From a virus (lineage: Duplodnaviria > Caudoviricetes), in IMG/VR virus record IMGVR_UViG_3300017658_000008, positions 1 through 39,988 of that record: 39,988 nucleotides of DNA, one strand, 5' to 3'. Positions 1-7,880 of this stretch are shown piece after piece. Made by a program: the position numbers and the translations under genes. Under the pieces are notes generated by a model, which saw nothing but the letters and a program-made list of their open reading frames with translations, was not told the origin of the DNA and made no database searches. How positions within the stretch are numbered: the stretch's first letter is position 1; every line of letters begins with the position of its first letter.

Positions 1-219
1 AGGCACTTCAAGCCAGCAGCCGCCCGACAATCCCTCCATGCTGAACCAGTAGACGATGACCGGTTCCTCGTGGCGCTTGTGGCGATCGAAGATACGGTCG
101 TCCTCGTCGTAGCAGTCCATGATTGTCACGGACCACGCGACGAACGCCTTGCCGTCTCGGGGCGCGCTGTCGAAGGGCACCCAGGCCAGCTCCCCGCCCT
201 TTCCTGATGTCCCAGTCAT
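1..219 (-). CDS. DUF551-like phage protein, truncated at window edge
   Basis: Hand translation MTGTSGKGGELAWVPFDSAPRDGKAFVAW...; WxPxxSAPRDG motif; ATGA overlap with the upstream gene's stop. Confidence 0.6.
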   Translation of the reverse strand, partial: MTGTSGKGGELAWVPFDSAPRDGKAFVAWSVTIMDCYDEDDRIFDRHKRHEEPVIVYWFSMEGLSGGCWLEVP

Positions 220-437
220 GGCTTCCTCACGAGCTGGTCGTAAATGGCCTTGCTGTCGGAAGCGAAGCCGTCGACGTACCCCACACACGTGCTGCCGTCT
301 GGATACTCGGTCAGCTCGACGCCAACGAACCCTGGACACCAGTCGAGCAGATCGGCGCTGCAAAGGTCGTTCAGCGTCTTGCGCGAAGTGGCGCCGCAAC
401 GAGGACACTTCCAGGCCTGTCCTGATGTCTCAGTCAT
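216..437 (-). CDS. Small Cys-rich hypothetical protein (WKCPRCG)
   Basis: ATG at 437 overlaps the end of the upstream gene; CxxC motif. Confidence 0.6.
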   Translation of the reverse strand: MTETSGQAWKCPRCGATSRKTLNDLCSADLLDWCPGFVGVELTEYPDGSTCVGYVDGFASDSKAIYDQLVRKP

Positions 438-1122
438 GGGAGGCCTCAAAGTTGAAGACGCTCATGGTCGCCGGAATGAGTTGGCGACCGTGGTTCACTC
501 GGTCGAGCAATCGGGCTTTGCAGTAAGCGCACCCGGTATCGCGGCCGTAATTCTGCGCGACGTTGGTGCTGTCGGCGGATGCGAGCGGCCAGACCTTGAC
601 CTGCCCGAGCATGCGCAATCCGTGAAGCCAAGGAAGTCGCCCGCGTCGAGACAGATGCTCGAATGCCTCGCCCATCCGCCGTTCCCAACGCGGCGTGCCG
701 ATTTCTGCGAATTCTCCTGCCGAGCCAAGACAGAGGGCCGGCCACTCATCGGCAAGCTCGGAGAGGTAGTCGAGCGGTTTGTCGAGATGCCATACAGGCC
801 AGCTTAGATCGCGAGGGAATGGCCAGCGCTTCAGCGCCCCTCGCTGAACTTCGACGGGTTCATCGATGACATCGAGCACAACGGCGCGGTGCGGGTGGTA
901 GAGGCGAGGCTCAAGCCAAGCGTAAAGCTTCGATTCGTCGACGGCGCCGCCACGCGTCCAATGACTGAATGCGCCGTTGTCCCACAGCACCGATTGCCCG
1001 ATTGTCTCACATACGTCAGCATTGTCAGGCCGGTAGAAGCTGACGCAGAAATGCTCTCCAGCCATTCGAGCGAGCTGTGCAGCTGGCGTGATCGGCGTTC
1101 CGTGGTAATGGATCGTCATCAT
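430..1122 (-). CDS. tRNA-guanine transglycosylase (TGT)/DpdA-like base-exchange protein
   Basis: Motifs DNGAFS (cf. TGT DSGGF), LDVI, PVWH, LCLGS, LHGLRM and SADST occur in TGT order; ATGA-coupled to queD. Confidence 0.72.
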   Translation of the reverse strand: MMTIHYHGTPITPAAQLARMAGEHFCVSFYRPDNADVCETIGQSVLWDNGAFSHWTRGGAVDESKLYAWLEPRLYHPHRAVVLDVIDEPVEVQRGALKRWPFPRDLSWPVWHLDKPLDYLSELADEWPALCLGSAGEFAEIGTPRWERRMGEAFEHLSRRGRLPWLHGLRMLGQVKVWPLASADSTNVAQNYGRDTGCAYCKARLLDRVNHGRQLIPATMSVFNFEASHD

Positions 1123-1502
1123 GCCTCGACCCAGTACCGCGGCGTTTCGTAGATGCGCACGACGGGCGCCAACGGCGTGATGGCATTGGCGATCCTCGTC
1201 TTGAGCCACATCGCCAGGACTTCAGATGTCGGGTTATCGAGCCCGTCGATGTCGTTCAGGTAGCGATGGTCGAGCCGGTCTATCAGCGGCTGCACGGCAG
1301 CATCGAGTTCCGCGTAGTCGATGACAAATCCGCGCTCGTCGAGCGGCCCCTCGACCGACACCTCAACGCGGTAGTTGTGGCCATGTAGGCGCTTGCACTT
1401 ATGCCCGTCAGGCAGTCGGTGCAATTGGTGCGCAGCCTCGAAGCCGTACGTCGCTGCGATCTTGAAGACTTGGGGCGCCGCCCCAGGGCTGTTATCTGCC
1501 AT
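1119..1502 (-). CDS. queD: 6-carboxy-5,6,7,8-tetrahydropterin synthase
   Basis: FEAAH..L...GHKCKRLHGHNY, LDHRYLNDI.GLDNPTSEVLA.W and YET motifs closely match E. coli QueD. Confidence 0.93.
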   Translation of the reverse strand: MADNSPGAAPQVFKIAATYGFEAAHQLHRLPDGHKCKRLHGHNYRVEVSVEGPLDERGFVIDYAELDAAVQPLIDRLDHRYLNDIDGLDNPTSEVLAMWLKTRIANAITPLAPVVRIYETPRYWVEA

Positions 1503-1731
1503 CGGTGGAGTCCGTCGTTTGAAGGCCAAGATCGACCTTGTCGAGCGCAAGCGGATGACACTGGCGCGGGCGCCGGTCGCCGTCGAATTTCACGCTGACG
1601 CGGTGAAGAGATGAAGCGTTTACGGGTGCGACGGTGCCGACGCGGTGCGTCTCGCTGTGCTGCACGCGCTCGCCCGGCGTGAACTGCACGCCATAGGCGC
1701 TGGCGATGTAGGCGTAGTCACAGCTCCCCAT
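1492..1731 (-). CDS. Hypothetical phage protein (SH3/KOW-like)
   Basis: MGSCDYAYIASAYGVQFTPGERVQH..GTV...CHP; overlaps both neighbours. Confidence 0.6.
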   Translation of the reverse strand: MGSCDYAYIASAYGVQFTPGERVQHSETHRVGTVAPVNASSLHRVSVKFDGDRRPRQCHPLALDKVDLGLQTTDSTDGR

Positions 1732-2089
1732 TGGAAGTCTCCGTGGCTTTGGCGAGGACTGCGCAGCGGAGTTCATAGGCCTCGTTCCAACTAGTGACGC
1801 AGTGCTCACAGGAAGCGGGGTCTCTGGCGCCTTCCATGCAGTCCTCGCAGGCGGCGTGGATGTCGTGAGCCCGTTCTGTTGCCTTCAGCGCCTCGTACAT
1901 CTCTGGCGCTGCTGCTATCAGGCGGGCGTTGGCGTCGCAGACTTCATCTGGCCGCTTCTCTCCCTCGGCGCCGGCAGCTAGCCCGAAGACAAGTTGACCA
2001 TCCGCGCCGCGTATTTCTGAGAAACCGCTCCACGGCTCCGCGACAGCCCAAGGCCCGGGCGTAAATCCCGCCTCTCTCGTCTCTGTCAT
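1718..2089 (-). CDS. Conserved phage hypothetical protein (TPGPW...ANARLIAAAPE family)
   Basis: Characteristic motifs; alternative start at 2146. Confidence 0.75.
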   Translation of the reverse strand: MTETREAGFTPGPWAVAEPWSGFSEIRGADGQLVFGLAAGAEGEKRPDEVCDANARLIAAAPEMYEALKATERAHDIHAACEDCMEGARDPASCEHCVTSWNEAYELRCAVLAKATETSNGEL

Positions 2090-2153
2090 GGAGATGGTTC
2101 CTGGTTCACGCATGGGGAGTGCTCCCGCTGTCGTTGGCGAGGTCATCGCTATG

Positions 2154-2519
2154 TCAGTTGCTCCGCTCAGGATCGAAGTCGACGTTTGGAACGTGCTCCA
2201 TTCCCCACTTGTCTCGCATCATGCCGCCGAGGTGCTCGCACATCTTGAAGGTGTTGGCGGCAATGTCGCGCATCTGCATGATGACGTGGGCGGTGTTGGT
2301 GCAAATCTCGCGCACCACCTCCTTGCTTGGGTGCTCGGCTGCCTTCATACGAAGGCGCACGCTGTCCTCACCCATCTCGACGCAAGTCCACGTCGGGAAT
2401 TGGTACTTGAACATGCAGCGCTCTTTGTCGACGACAGTTATGGCTCCGGCCATGTCGTATTTCTTGAGCACGCCGATGATTTCAGCCATGCACTCGCGAT
2501 AGCGTTTACCGTCTGTCAC
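2154..2519 (-). CDS. Hypothetical protein
   Basis: 121-aa ORF, GTGA-coupled to the upstream gene. Confidence 0.7.
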   Translation of the reverse strand: MTDGKRYRECMAEIIGVLKKYDMAGAITVVDKERCMFKYQFPTWTCVEMGEDSVRLRMKAAEHPSKEVVREICTNTAHVIMQMRDIAANTFKMCEHLGGMMRDKWGMEHVPNVDFDPERSN

Positions 2520-2719
2520 TGTGTCGGATCCTTGTAGAGCAGGGCGCGAACCGCACAGTCCTTCGCTTCAAGGAGCTTCCTCAGTCCGGCGGTTCTCTCT
2601 GCGTTGGACGGCAGCGTTTCGACCATGTGCTGTGCCAGCTTTCCGAACGGCTCGCTCACCGTTTGCAGATGCGCTGGTAGGTGCGAATACGCAAAGAACT
2701 GCATCATCCTGTCTGTCAT
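2516..2719 (-). CDS. Small helical-hairpin protein, possible Acb2/Tad1-like anti-defence sponge
   Basis: FFAYSHLP.HLQ.VS.PF..LA...LP.NAERTAGLRKLLEAKDCAVRA; GGAG RBS; function inferred. Confidence 0.55.
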   Translation of the reverse strand: MTDRMMQFFAYSHLPAHLQTVSEPFGKLAQHMVETLPSNAERTAGLRKLLEAKDCAVRALLYKDPTQ

Positions 2720-2827
2720 CTTTTGACTCCGCTATTCGGGTTGGGTGGCTTTCGCGACCTCTGCCGGTCCACAGGTGTCAGCGTGATCCATCTTCGTCTC
2801 TGTCATGGCTATGGGTGCTCCGATGCT

Positions 2828-3622
2828 TCAGCCCGGCTCTTCCGGTGCCACGACGGGGCACTCGGCCGGATCGCCGCCGAGATCCTTCCATTTGTCCTCG
2901 AACTCTTGACTGGCGAGGAGCGACCAGCGGATTGGCATGTCCGCCAGCTCCTGCGCGTAGCTGTCGGCGATGGTGGCAAGGAACTCGGTATCCGTGGCGC
3001 CGGCGATGTGGCGGCGGATTTCCTCGAGGACCTCGTTGGTCCCGTCGCGCTTGGCGGCAGCCGATGACTTGCGCTTGGGCTCCGCCTTCACGTCCTCGAT
3101 CTCGGTCTCATCGAGGACGCCGAGACCGGTAATGGAGAGCGTCGCGCGTCGCTTCGCCTTCGTCTCCGCCTTCATGATGGCGTTGGCGAGCGCCTCGCCC
3201 TTCAGGTTCTGGATCATCACCGCGCCGCGGGCGATATCCTCGCGCCCTTCGCGATCCTTCACCTTGGCGACGACGATGTAGACGCCATCGAGTTCCTCCT
3301 GCCGCGTCTCGGTGACGGACACGCCGTGGATTTTGCGCAATTGATCGGTACAATCGCGCAGCGCATAGAGGACGAGGTTGCCGTTGAGCTTGATGTAGGC
3401 GAACGGGCGCGTCATCGGGTTCAATCCCAGCGTCGCGCACATGTCGCGGTAGTATTCGACCTTCTGCTCCGTAGAGAGGCGGGAGAGATCGCCTTGGATG
3501 ATGACGCGTTCCAGGAGTTCTGCCGGCGGCTGGCCCTGTGGCGCAACCTCGCGGCTCGGCGTCTGTACAGGCTGCATCTGGCGGCCCCGATCTTTCGTGT
3601 TGAAGCTCTGCGGCAATGCCAT
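2828..3622 (-). CDS. RecT/Red-beta-like single-strand annealing recombinase
   Basis: C..LGLNPMTRPF...MKAETKAKRRATLSITGLG.LDETE motif; GGAG RBS. Confidence 0.75.
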   Translation of the reverse strand: MALPQSFNTKDRGRQMQPVQTPSREVAPQGQPPAELLERVIIQGDLSRLSTEQKVEYYRDMCATLGLNPMTRPFAYIKLNGNLVLYALRDCTDQLRKIHGVSVTETRQEELDGVYIVVAKVKDREGREDIARGAVMIQNLKGEALANAIMKAETKAKRRATLSITGLGVLDETEIEDVKAEPKRKSSAAAKRDGTNEVLEEIRRHIAGATDTEFLATIADSYAQELADMPIRWSLLASQEFEDKWKDLGGDPAECPVVAPEEPG

Positions 3623-3680
3623 GTTTCAAACTCCCACTAAGCGCGCGCAGCGCAGCCGAAGGCGTCGATACGCCGAGGCG

Positions 3681-3809
3681 TCACCCCAGCCATCCCCTGA
3701 GTGCCTCTCCACATTTCTCCACCACCTTGGCGCTGACAGCAGCAAGGACGAGTCCCATGGCAAAGCAGATGAGAAGGAAGATCAGTGCGCTGGAGGCTGT
3801 CTCGATCAT
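3681..3809 (-). CDS. Small membrane protein
   Basis: Hand translation MIETASSALIFLLICFAMGLVLAAVSAKVVEKCGEALRGWLG. Confidence 0.45.
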   Translation of the reverse strand: MIETASSALIFLLICFAMGLVLAAVSAKVVEKCGEALRGWLG

Positions 3810-3948
3810 GAGTTCCCCCAAACGAGCAGCGCGATGGCGCTGATCGAACCCCAGAGCATCCCGAGGACAATGCTTGCAGGCGGCTCTATTTCAGCGACGC
3901 CACAGAGTGCCGCGAAGGCGACAGCGCCGGCGACCCAGATGATCAGTT

Positions 3949-4266
3949 TCAAAGCCGCCCCCAATGCGTTGAATGCTCGTGCACGGCGGCGCGGCGAACT
4001 GGAAGATCGTCAGCCAACTTGGCTTCGATCGCTTCGCGTTCTTGCGGATTGTCGCGAAGGTAATTGCGGGCCTCGCGAAACTCTGGCGAGAAAGGCTGGA
4101 TCTCGAAGCGCTGACCGCCGCATACGTGCTCTTCGGCGTAGATGGCGATGACGCACCAATCCTCCGGTGAGCCCTCGATCTCGGCCTCCATCTCCGTCTC
4201 GTTGATGAGGCGCTTGGCGCCGTCGGTGCCGCAGGCGTATTTGGGAAGCTGGAAATGGAACTGCAT
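3949..4266 (-). CDS. Hypothetical protein
   Basis: MQFHFQLPKYACG...; TGATG coupling with the upstream gene. Confidence 0.6.
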   Translation of the reverse strand: MQFHFQLPKYACGTDGAKRLINETEMEAEIEGSPEDWCVIAIYAEEHVCGGQRFEIQPFSPEFREARNYLRDNPQEREAIEAKLADDLPVRRAAVHEHSTHWGRL

Positions 4267-4565
4267 CACGCCAGCTCCTTCTTCGCGCGGTAGGCTTCGA
4301 AGGAAACGGTGCCGTCCTCGATGTCGAGTTGGTGCTCGTCGGGGTGCACGATGGCGACGGAGGCTTCCTCCGGTTTGGTGAGCCGGTCGTAGACGTTGAG
4401 CGCTTCCTGCAGCTTTCCCAGCTCGGCCTCGGCGGCCTCGAACAATTCCGGCCAAGGCTTGTCGCCCATGTACGGGCACTGCTGCATGCGGCCGGAGAGC
4501 AGGATGAGCCCGTAACCAACCTCGGCGAGGCGGTCGACGGCCTGGGTAATGGTGCTGATTTCCAT
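4266..4565 (-). CDS. Hypothetical protein
   Basis: MEISTITQAVDRL...; lies in the leftward early operon. Confidence 0.6.
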   Translation of the reverse strand: MEISTITQAVDRLAEVGYGLILLSGRMQQCPYMGDKPWPELFEAAEAELGKLQEALNVYDRLTKPEEASVAIVHPDEHQLDIEDGTVSFEAYRAKKELA

Positions 4566-4596
4566 CACACGGAACCTTTTTGCTGGTTGATGAATT

Positions 4597-4637
4597 GAGC
4601 GGGCGGAAATTGCGCACACCACAGTTTCCGCCCGCTC
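4597..4637. repeat. 13-bp perfect inverted repeat (RNA hairpin)
   Basis: GAGCGGGCGGAAA ... TTTCCGCCCGCTC. Confidence 0.8.
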
Positions 4638-4744
4638 CCCCGCTCGGCCGTGCTGTCAAAGTCCCTCTCGAACAGCACGGTCGTTGGTGGCAGAGCGCCT
4701 TCGCCGCAGGAGGATGGCCACTCCAGCGCTCAGCCGGGAAAGGG

Positions 4745-4888
4745 TCAGGGATCTCGGAAGCGCTCGCAGAGCGTCAGCCAGGTATTCACCACGGCGCAGC
4801 GCAGCCACCACCAGAAGCCGAGCTTGCGAACGTTCCAGATGAAGGAGCGGAGGGAGTGCAGCGGCGGCTTGCTGGTCATGGCGTGCAT
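4745..4888 (-). CDS. Small Trp-rich protein, likely first gene of the leftward operon
   Basis: MHAMTSKPPLHSLRSFIWNVRKLGFWWW...; purine-rich RBS. Confidence 0.45.
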   Translation of the reverse strand: MHAMTSKPPLHSLRSFIWNVRKLGFWWWLRCAVVNTWLTLCERFRDP

Positions 4889-4912
4889 GGCTTTCCCCTG
4901 TGATCCAGTTTC

Positions 4913-5024
4913 GTCACCGCCTGAAGGAAGCTCGCCCGGCAAAGGGGGAGTGCCATCGCCGGGAGACGGGGGAGGGTGCACCCCTAGGAACCGGCGGCGG
5001 GCGTCACGTCCTTCAGGCGGTGAC
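4913..5024 (-). promoter_or_regulatory. Structured leader of the leftward transcript, closed by a 16-bp perfect stem
   Basis: GTCACCGCCTGAAGGA (4913-4928) is the reverse complement of TCCTTCAGGCGGTGAC (5009-5024). Confidence 0.7.
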
Positions 5025-5026
5025 AG

Positions 5027-5086
5027 GCATAAAGCTAATTTATGCAGCCGTCTGACGTCAAGAGAAAAGATAAAAATAGTTTATGT
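5027..5086. promoter_or_regulatory. Left operators and pL-like promoter
   Basis: GCATAAAGCTAATTTATGC (5027-5045) and AGATAAAAATAGTTTATGT (5068-5086); TTGACG on the minus strand between them. Confidence 0.75.
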
Positions 5087-5184
5087 TGCTGTGCATGATG
5101 CCGCCGTAAATCGTATTGATCATGCAACCTCAGTGGGTTAGTATTAACCCGTTCATAAATTAGATTTCGTAGGGGGGATAAAAT

Positions 5185-5466
5185 ATGCGCAGCGTACCCT
5201 TTTTGTTCGGGGCATTGGCTGTCTTCGCTTTATCGAATGCCGCCTCTGCCGGCAGCACCTATGTGCACGGCTACACCAAATCCGACGGCACTTATGTCGA
5301 GCCGCATTACCGCTCGGCGCCGGACACCAGCACCTACAACAACTGGTCGACGAAGGGGAACGTCAATCCCTACACGGGAGAGGCCGGCACGCGCGATCCC
5401 GATTACCGCGCGCCATCGTCCGGCTATGGCGGCTACGGCTCGAACTATACCGGCCGGCGGAACTAA
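5185..5466 (+). CDS. Secreted small protein (moron)
   Basis: Signal peptide, then V.GYTKSDGTYV.PHYRSAP...NNWSTKGNVNPYTG motif; G-rich RBS. Confidence 0.75.
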   Translation: MRSVPFLFGALAVFALSNAASAGSTYVHGYTKSDGTYVEPHYRSAPDTSTYNNWSTKGNVNPYTGEAGTRDPDYRAPSSGYGGYGSNYTGRRN

Positions 5467-5579
5467 CGGCCGGCAAAGGTGACTCCGAACAACTAGTTGC
5501 CAGGGTTGTTCAATAACGCTGTCAACTAGTTGAGGCGGGATCGTGAATTAAGCTTACTCGTCCGTTCGGAAGGGGATGA

Positions 5580-5915
5580 CTATGCCACGCGGTCCGTAGG
5601 GGAATGTGGGCGTTCCTTCTGCTTGCGCCTTTTGCCGAAGGGCAGCAGGTCGTTCGGCTCCACGTCGAGGATTTGGCATATCTTGACGAACAGCTCGAAG
5701 CCGGGCTCGGCCGAGCCTCGCTCGTAGTGCCGGTATCGATTTTCCTCGATACCCAAGACCTTGGCGAAGTCCGCGGCGTGCTCGTAACCGGCCTCCTCGC
5801 GGGCAGCTTTCAGCCTCGCTCCAAACATATCCCGGATCTCTCTCCTGAACTTGGAAAGGGGCTCCGCCAGCTTCTTGCTGGCCGGCGGTTTCGGAGATTT
5901 TGGGCGTCTGGGCAT
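5580..5915 (-). CDS. XRE-family HTH phage repressor (CI-like, no S24 peptidase domain)
   Basis: FGARLKAAREEAG..AADFAKVLGI....YRHYERGSAEP; adjacent to operators. Confidence 0.85.
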   Translation of the reverse strand: MPRRPKSPKPPASKKLAEPLSKFRREIRDMFGARLKAAREEAGYEHAADFAKVLGIEENRYRHYERGSAEPGFELFVKICQILDVEPNDLLPFGKRRKQKERPHSPTDRVA

Positions 5916-5930
5916 GCCACCACTCTGGCG

Positions 5931-6017
5931 GCATAAAGATTTTTGTGCACGTCAACGCCTTTGATCTCACCAGTGGCGTTGACCGTAGCGGCGCGAGCGC
6001 ATAAAGTCAATTTATGC
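5931..6017. promoter_or_regulatory. Right operators and divergent pRM/pR-like promoters
   Basis: GCATAAAGTCAATTTATGC (5999-6017) matches the 5027 site; imperfect copy at 5931; TTGAC boxes on both strands. Confidence 0.75.
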
Positions 6018-6153
6018 GGCAGGGCGGATTATCGGCCTGTCCCCATACTTCTTGCGCCCTGACCGTCGGGCTGAATCCCGGCCCGCAGCCTAGTCATTCC
6101 CGTTCGTAGCGTTCGTGTCTTGAGCCCCGCCAAGGGCTTCCCCATCGACTGGA

Positions 6154-6197
6154 ACCCGGGCGCCAAGCGCCCCCGCGTGAAACGCCCGGGTCTTTTC
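6154..6197 (+). terminator. Terminator or attenuator in the rightward leader
   Basis: ACCCGGGCG/CGCCCGGGT stem followed by CTTTT. Confidence 0.5.
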
Positions 6198-6216
6198 CAC
6201 CGCGGAGCACGACGAC

Positions 6217-6477
6217 ATGACCGAGCCATCCCCGCACACCAACTGGCGCAAGCAGGCGGCCGCCGACGACACCGCCCGCGCCGTGCGCCTGTGGGGCTAC
6301 GGGCTCGACTGCGTGACCATCGGCTCGCGCCTCGGTCGCGATGCCGGCTGGGTGGGTGAAGTCCTGGTCAAGGCCGGCGTCAGAGCCAAGGGCGAGCGCC
6401 GCGATCGCTTCTACGCCATGCCGGTGACCTACGGCGTTGCCTGGAACGGGCATGTGCAGGCGAGGCGTGCGCCATGA
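6217..6477 (+). CDS. HTH-like protein
   Basis: GGAG RBS; LWGYGLDCVTIGSRLGRDAGWVGEVL HTH-like pattern. Confidence 0.6.
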   Translation: MTEPSPHTNWRKQAAADDTARAVRLWGYGLDCVTIGSRLGRDAGWVGEVLVKAGVRAKGERRDRFYAMPVTYGVAWNGHVQARRAP

Positions 6478-6689
6478 GCCCCTTCGCCAACGTCGCCGAG
6501 CGCATTTTCGAGCACGCGCAGATGTTCAACGCCGACGTGGAATTGCGCCGCCTGCTGCTCGCCACCGAGCGCAAGCCGATCCCGTTCATCACCATCATGC
6601 AGCTGGGCCTGCAAATGCAGGCCGACAGCAATCCCTTCGAGTCCCCCATCGAGTCTCAAGGCGTAAACCCGCAACCCTTGGGAGAATGA
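6474..6689 (+). CDS. Hypothetical protein
   Basis: ATGA-coupled 71-aa ORF. Confidence 0.6.
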   Translation: MSPFANVAERIFEHAQMFNADVELRRLLLATERKPIPFITIMQLGLQMQADSNPFESPIESQGVNPQPLGE

Positions 6690-7783
6690 ACATGAACCCC
6701 CTGGACGACATCGCCACCATTCGCAGGGTGGCTCTCTACCTCGGCCTCACGGCCCTCGCCCTCGCCTCGGCCATGTCCTTTGCCTTCGGCTGGGCCATGA
6801 GCTGGAAGCACGCCGCGCTCTTGGCGCTGCTCACCTTCGCCGGCTCCATCGTGTGGCCCTATATCGGCCACCTGAAGGTTTCCGGCTTCTCGAGCAAGGC
6901 CTACGCCTTCACGCTCGCCGGCGTGCTGTTCCTCGCCGTCGAGCTCTTCTCCCATGTCGGCTACACCAACGGCCAGCGCATGGCCGACGTCGACACCACC
7001 GGCTGGCAGAACGCCAAGGCCGAGACGACCATCAACGCCGCCAAGCGCGAGAGCACCAACCTCGAGTTCTGGAAGGGTGAACTGGCCAAGCTCGAGGCGC
7101 AGAACGCCTGGGCGACGTCGGTGAAGGCCGATGCCCTGCGGGCGCAGCTCACGCCCATGCAGCTCGCCATCGAGCAGGAGACGGCGCGCGGCGGCTGCGG
7201 TCCCAAGTGCCTGAAGCTCACCCGCGACAAGGCCGACGTCGAGGCGCGCATCGCCACGGCCGAGCAGCGTGAGGACCTGACGGCGAAGATCGCCGCTGCC
7301 GAGCGCATCGTCGACAGCAAGGAGGAGGTGGCGAGCCAGGCCGAGTTCAAGGCGTCGCCCGTCGCCTACCAGACGAGCTTCGTGTCGCAGATCTGGACCA
7401 TGAGCCTGAAGCCCGGCGAGGCGGAGAAGGCGGGGACGCAGATCGGCATCTCCTTTCTGCTGGCGCTGGTCACGACATTCCTTGCGCCCGTGCTGATCTC
7501 CATCGCCTACGGGCCGGTGGAGTTCGTGCCCGGAGCTTCGAAGGTGATCGCCAGGGCCACGGAGAAAGCCACCGACGCCAACGCCGCGCTGCTGCGTGAG
7601 GTGCACGCGCTGCTCGCCAAGCGCGATGCAGCCCCCGTGAAAACCCCGGCAATCGCCTCTCCCATCGAGAAGCACACCCATGAGGTCATGGTGGTGAAGG
7701 AGGACGACCCTAGGGGCAAGGCCGCCTACGAGGCCATTCAGGAGCTGGTGCGCGGCACCAAGGCCCTGCAGCGCGCGGCTTAG
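6686..7783 (+). CDS. Multi-TM coiled-coil membrane protein (DUF4407-like)
   Basis: Three N-terminal hydrophobic helices, coiled coil with GGCGPKC, one further TM helix; start at 6686 or 6692. Confidence 0.7.
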   Translation: MNMNPLDDIATIRRVALYLGLTALALASAMSFAFGWAMSWKHAALLALLTFAGSIVWPYIGHLKVSGFSSKAYAFTLAGVLFLAVELFSHVGYTNGQRMADVDTTGWQNAKAETTINAAKRESTNLEFWKGELAKLEAQNAWATSVKADALRAQLTPMQLAIEQETARGGCGPKCLKLTRDKADVEARIATAEQREDLTAKIAAAERIVDSKEEVASQAEFKASPVAYQTSFVSQIWTMSLKPGEAEKAGTQIGISFLLALVTTFLAPVLISIAYGPVEFVPGASKVIARATEKATDANAALLREVHALLAKRDAAPVKTPAIASPIEKHTHEVMVVKEDDPRGKAAYEAIQELVRGTKALQRAA

Positions 7784-7792
7784 AAAATGAAA

Positions 7793-7821
7793 ACGCCGGT
7801 CTCGGGGAAAGAGACCGGCGT
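7793..7821. terminator. Hairpin or terminator
   Basis: ACGCCGGTCTC-GGGGAAA-GAGACCGGCGT. Confidence 0.55.
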
Positions 7822-7880
7822 CTGGATCATCGCCCGGGGGTATTGGGCTTATCAACAGACCGTACGCGGAGACCGAACTA

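Noticed and set aside
430-1209. ORF-track starts for several genes (1209, 1550, 6437, 8527, 11355, 21795, 33394, 36164)
   Set aside because: These upstream extensions overlap neighbours or lack an RBS; the coupled or RBS-supported internal starts were used instead
1-5000. Integrase, excisionase, exonuclease partner of RecT, folE/queE/queC
   Set aside because: No such motifs found in the window; they may lie beyond the left edge
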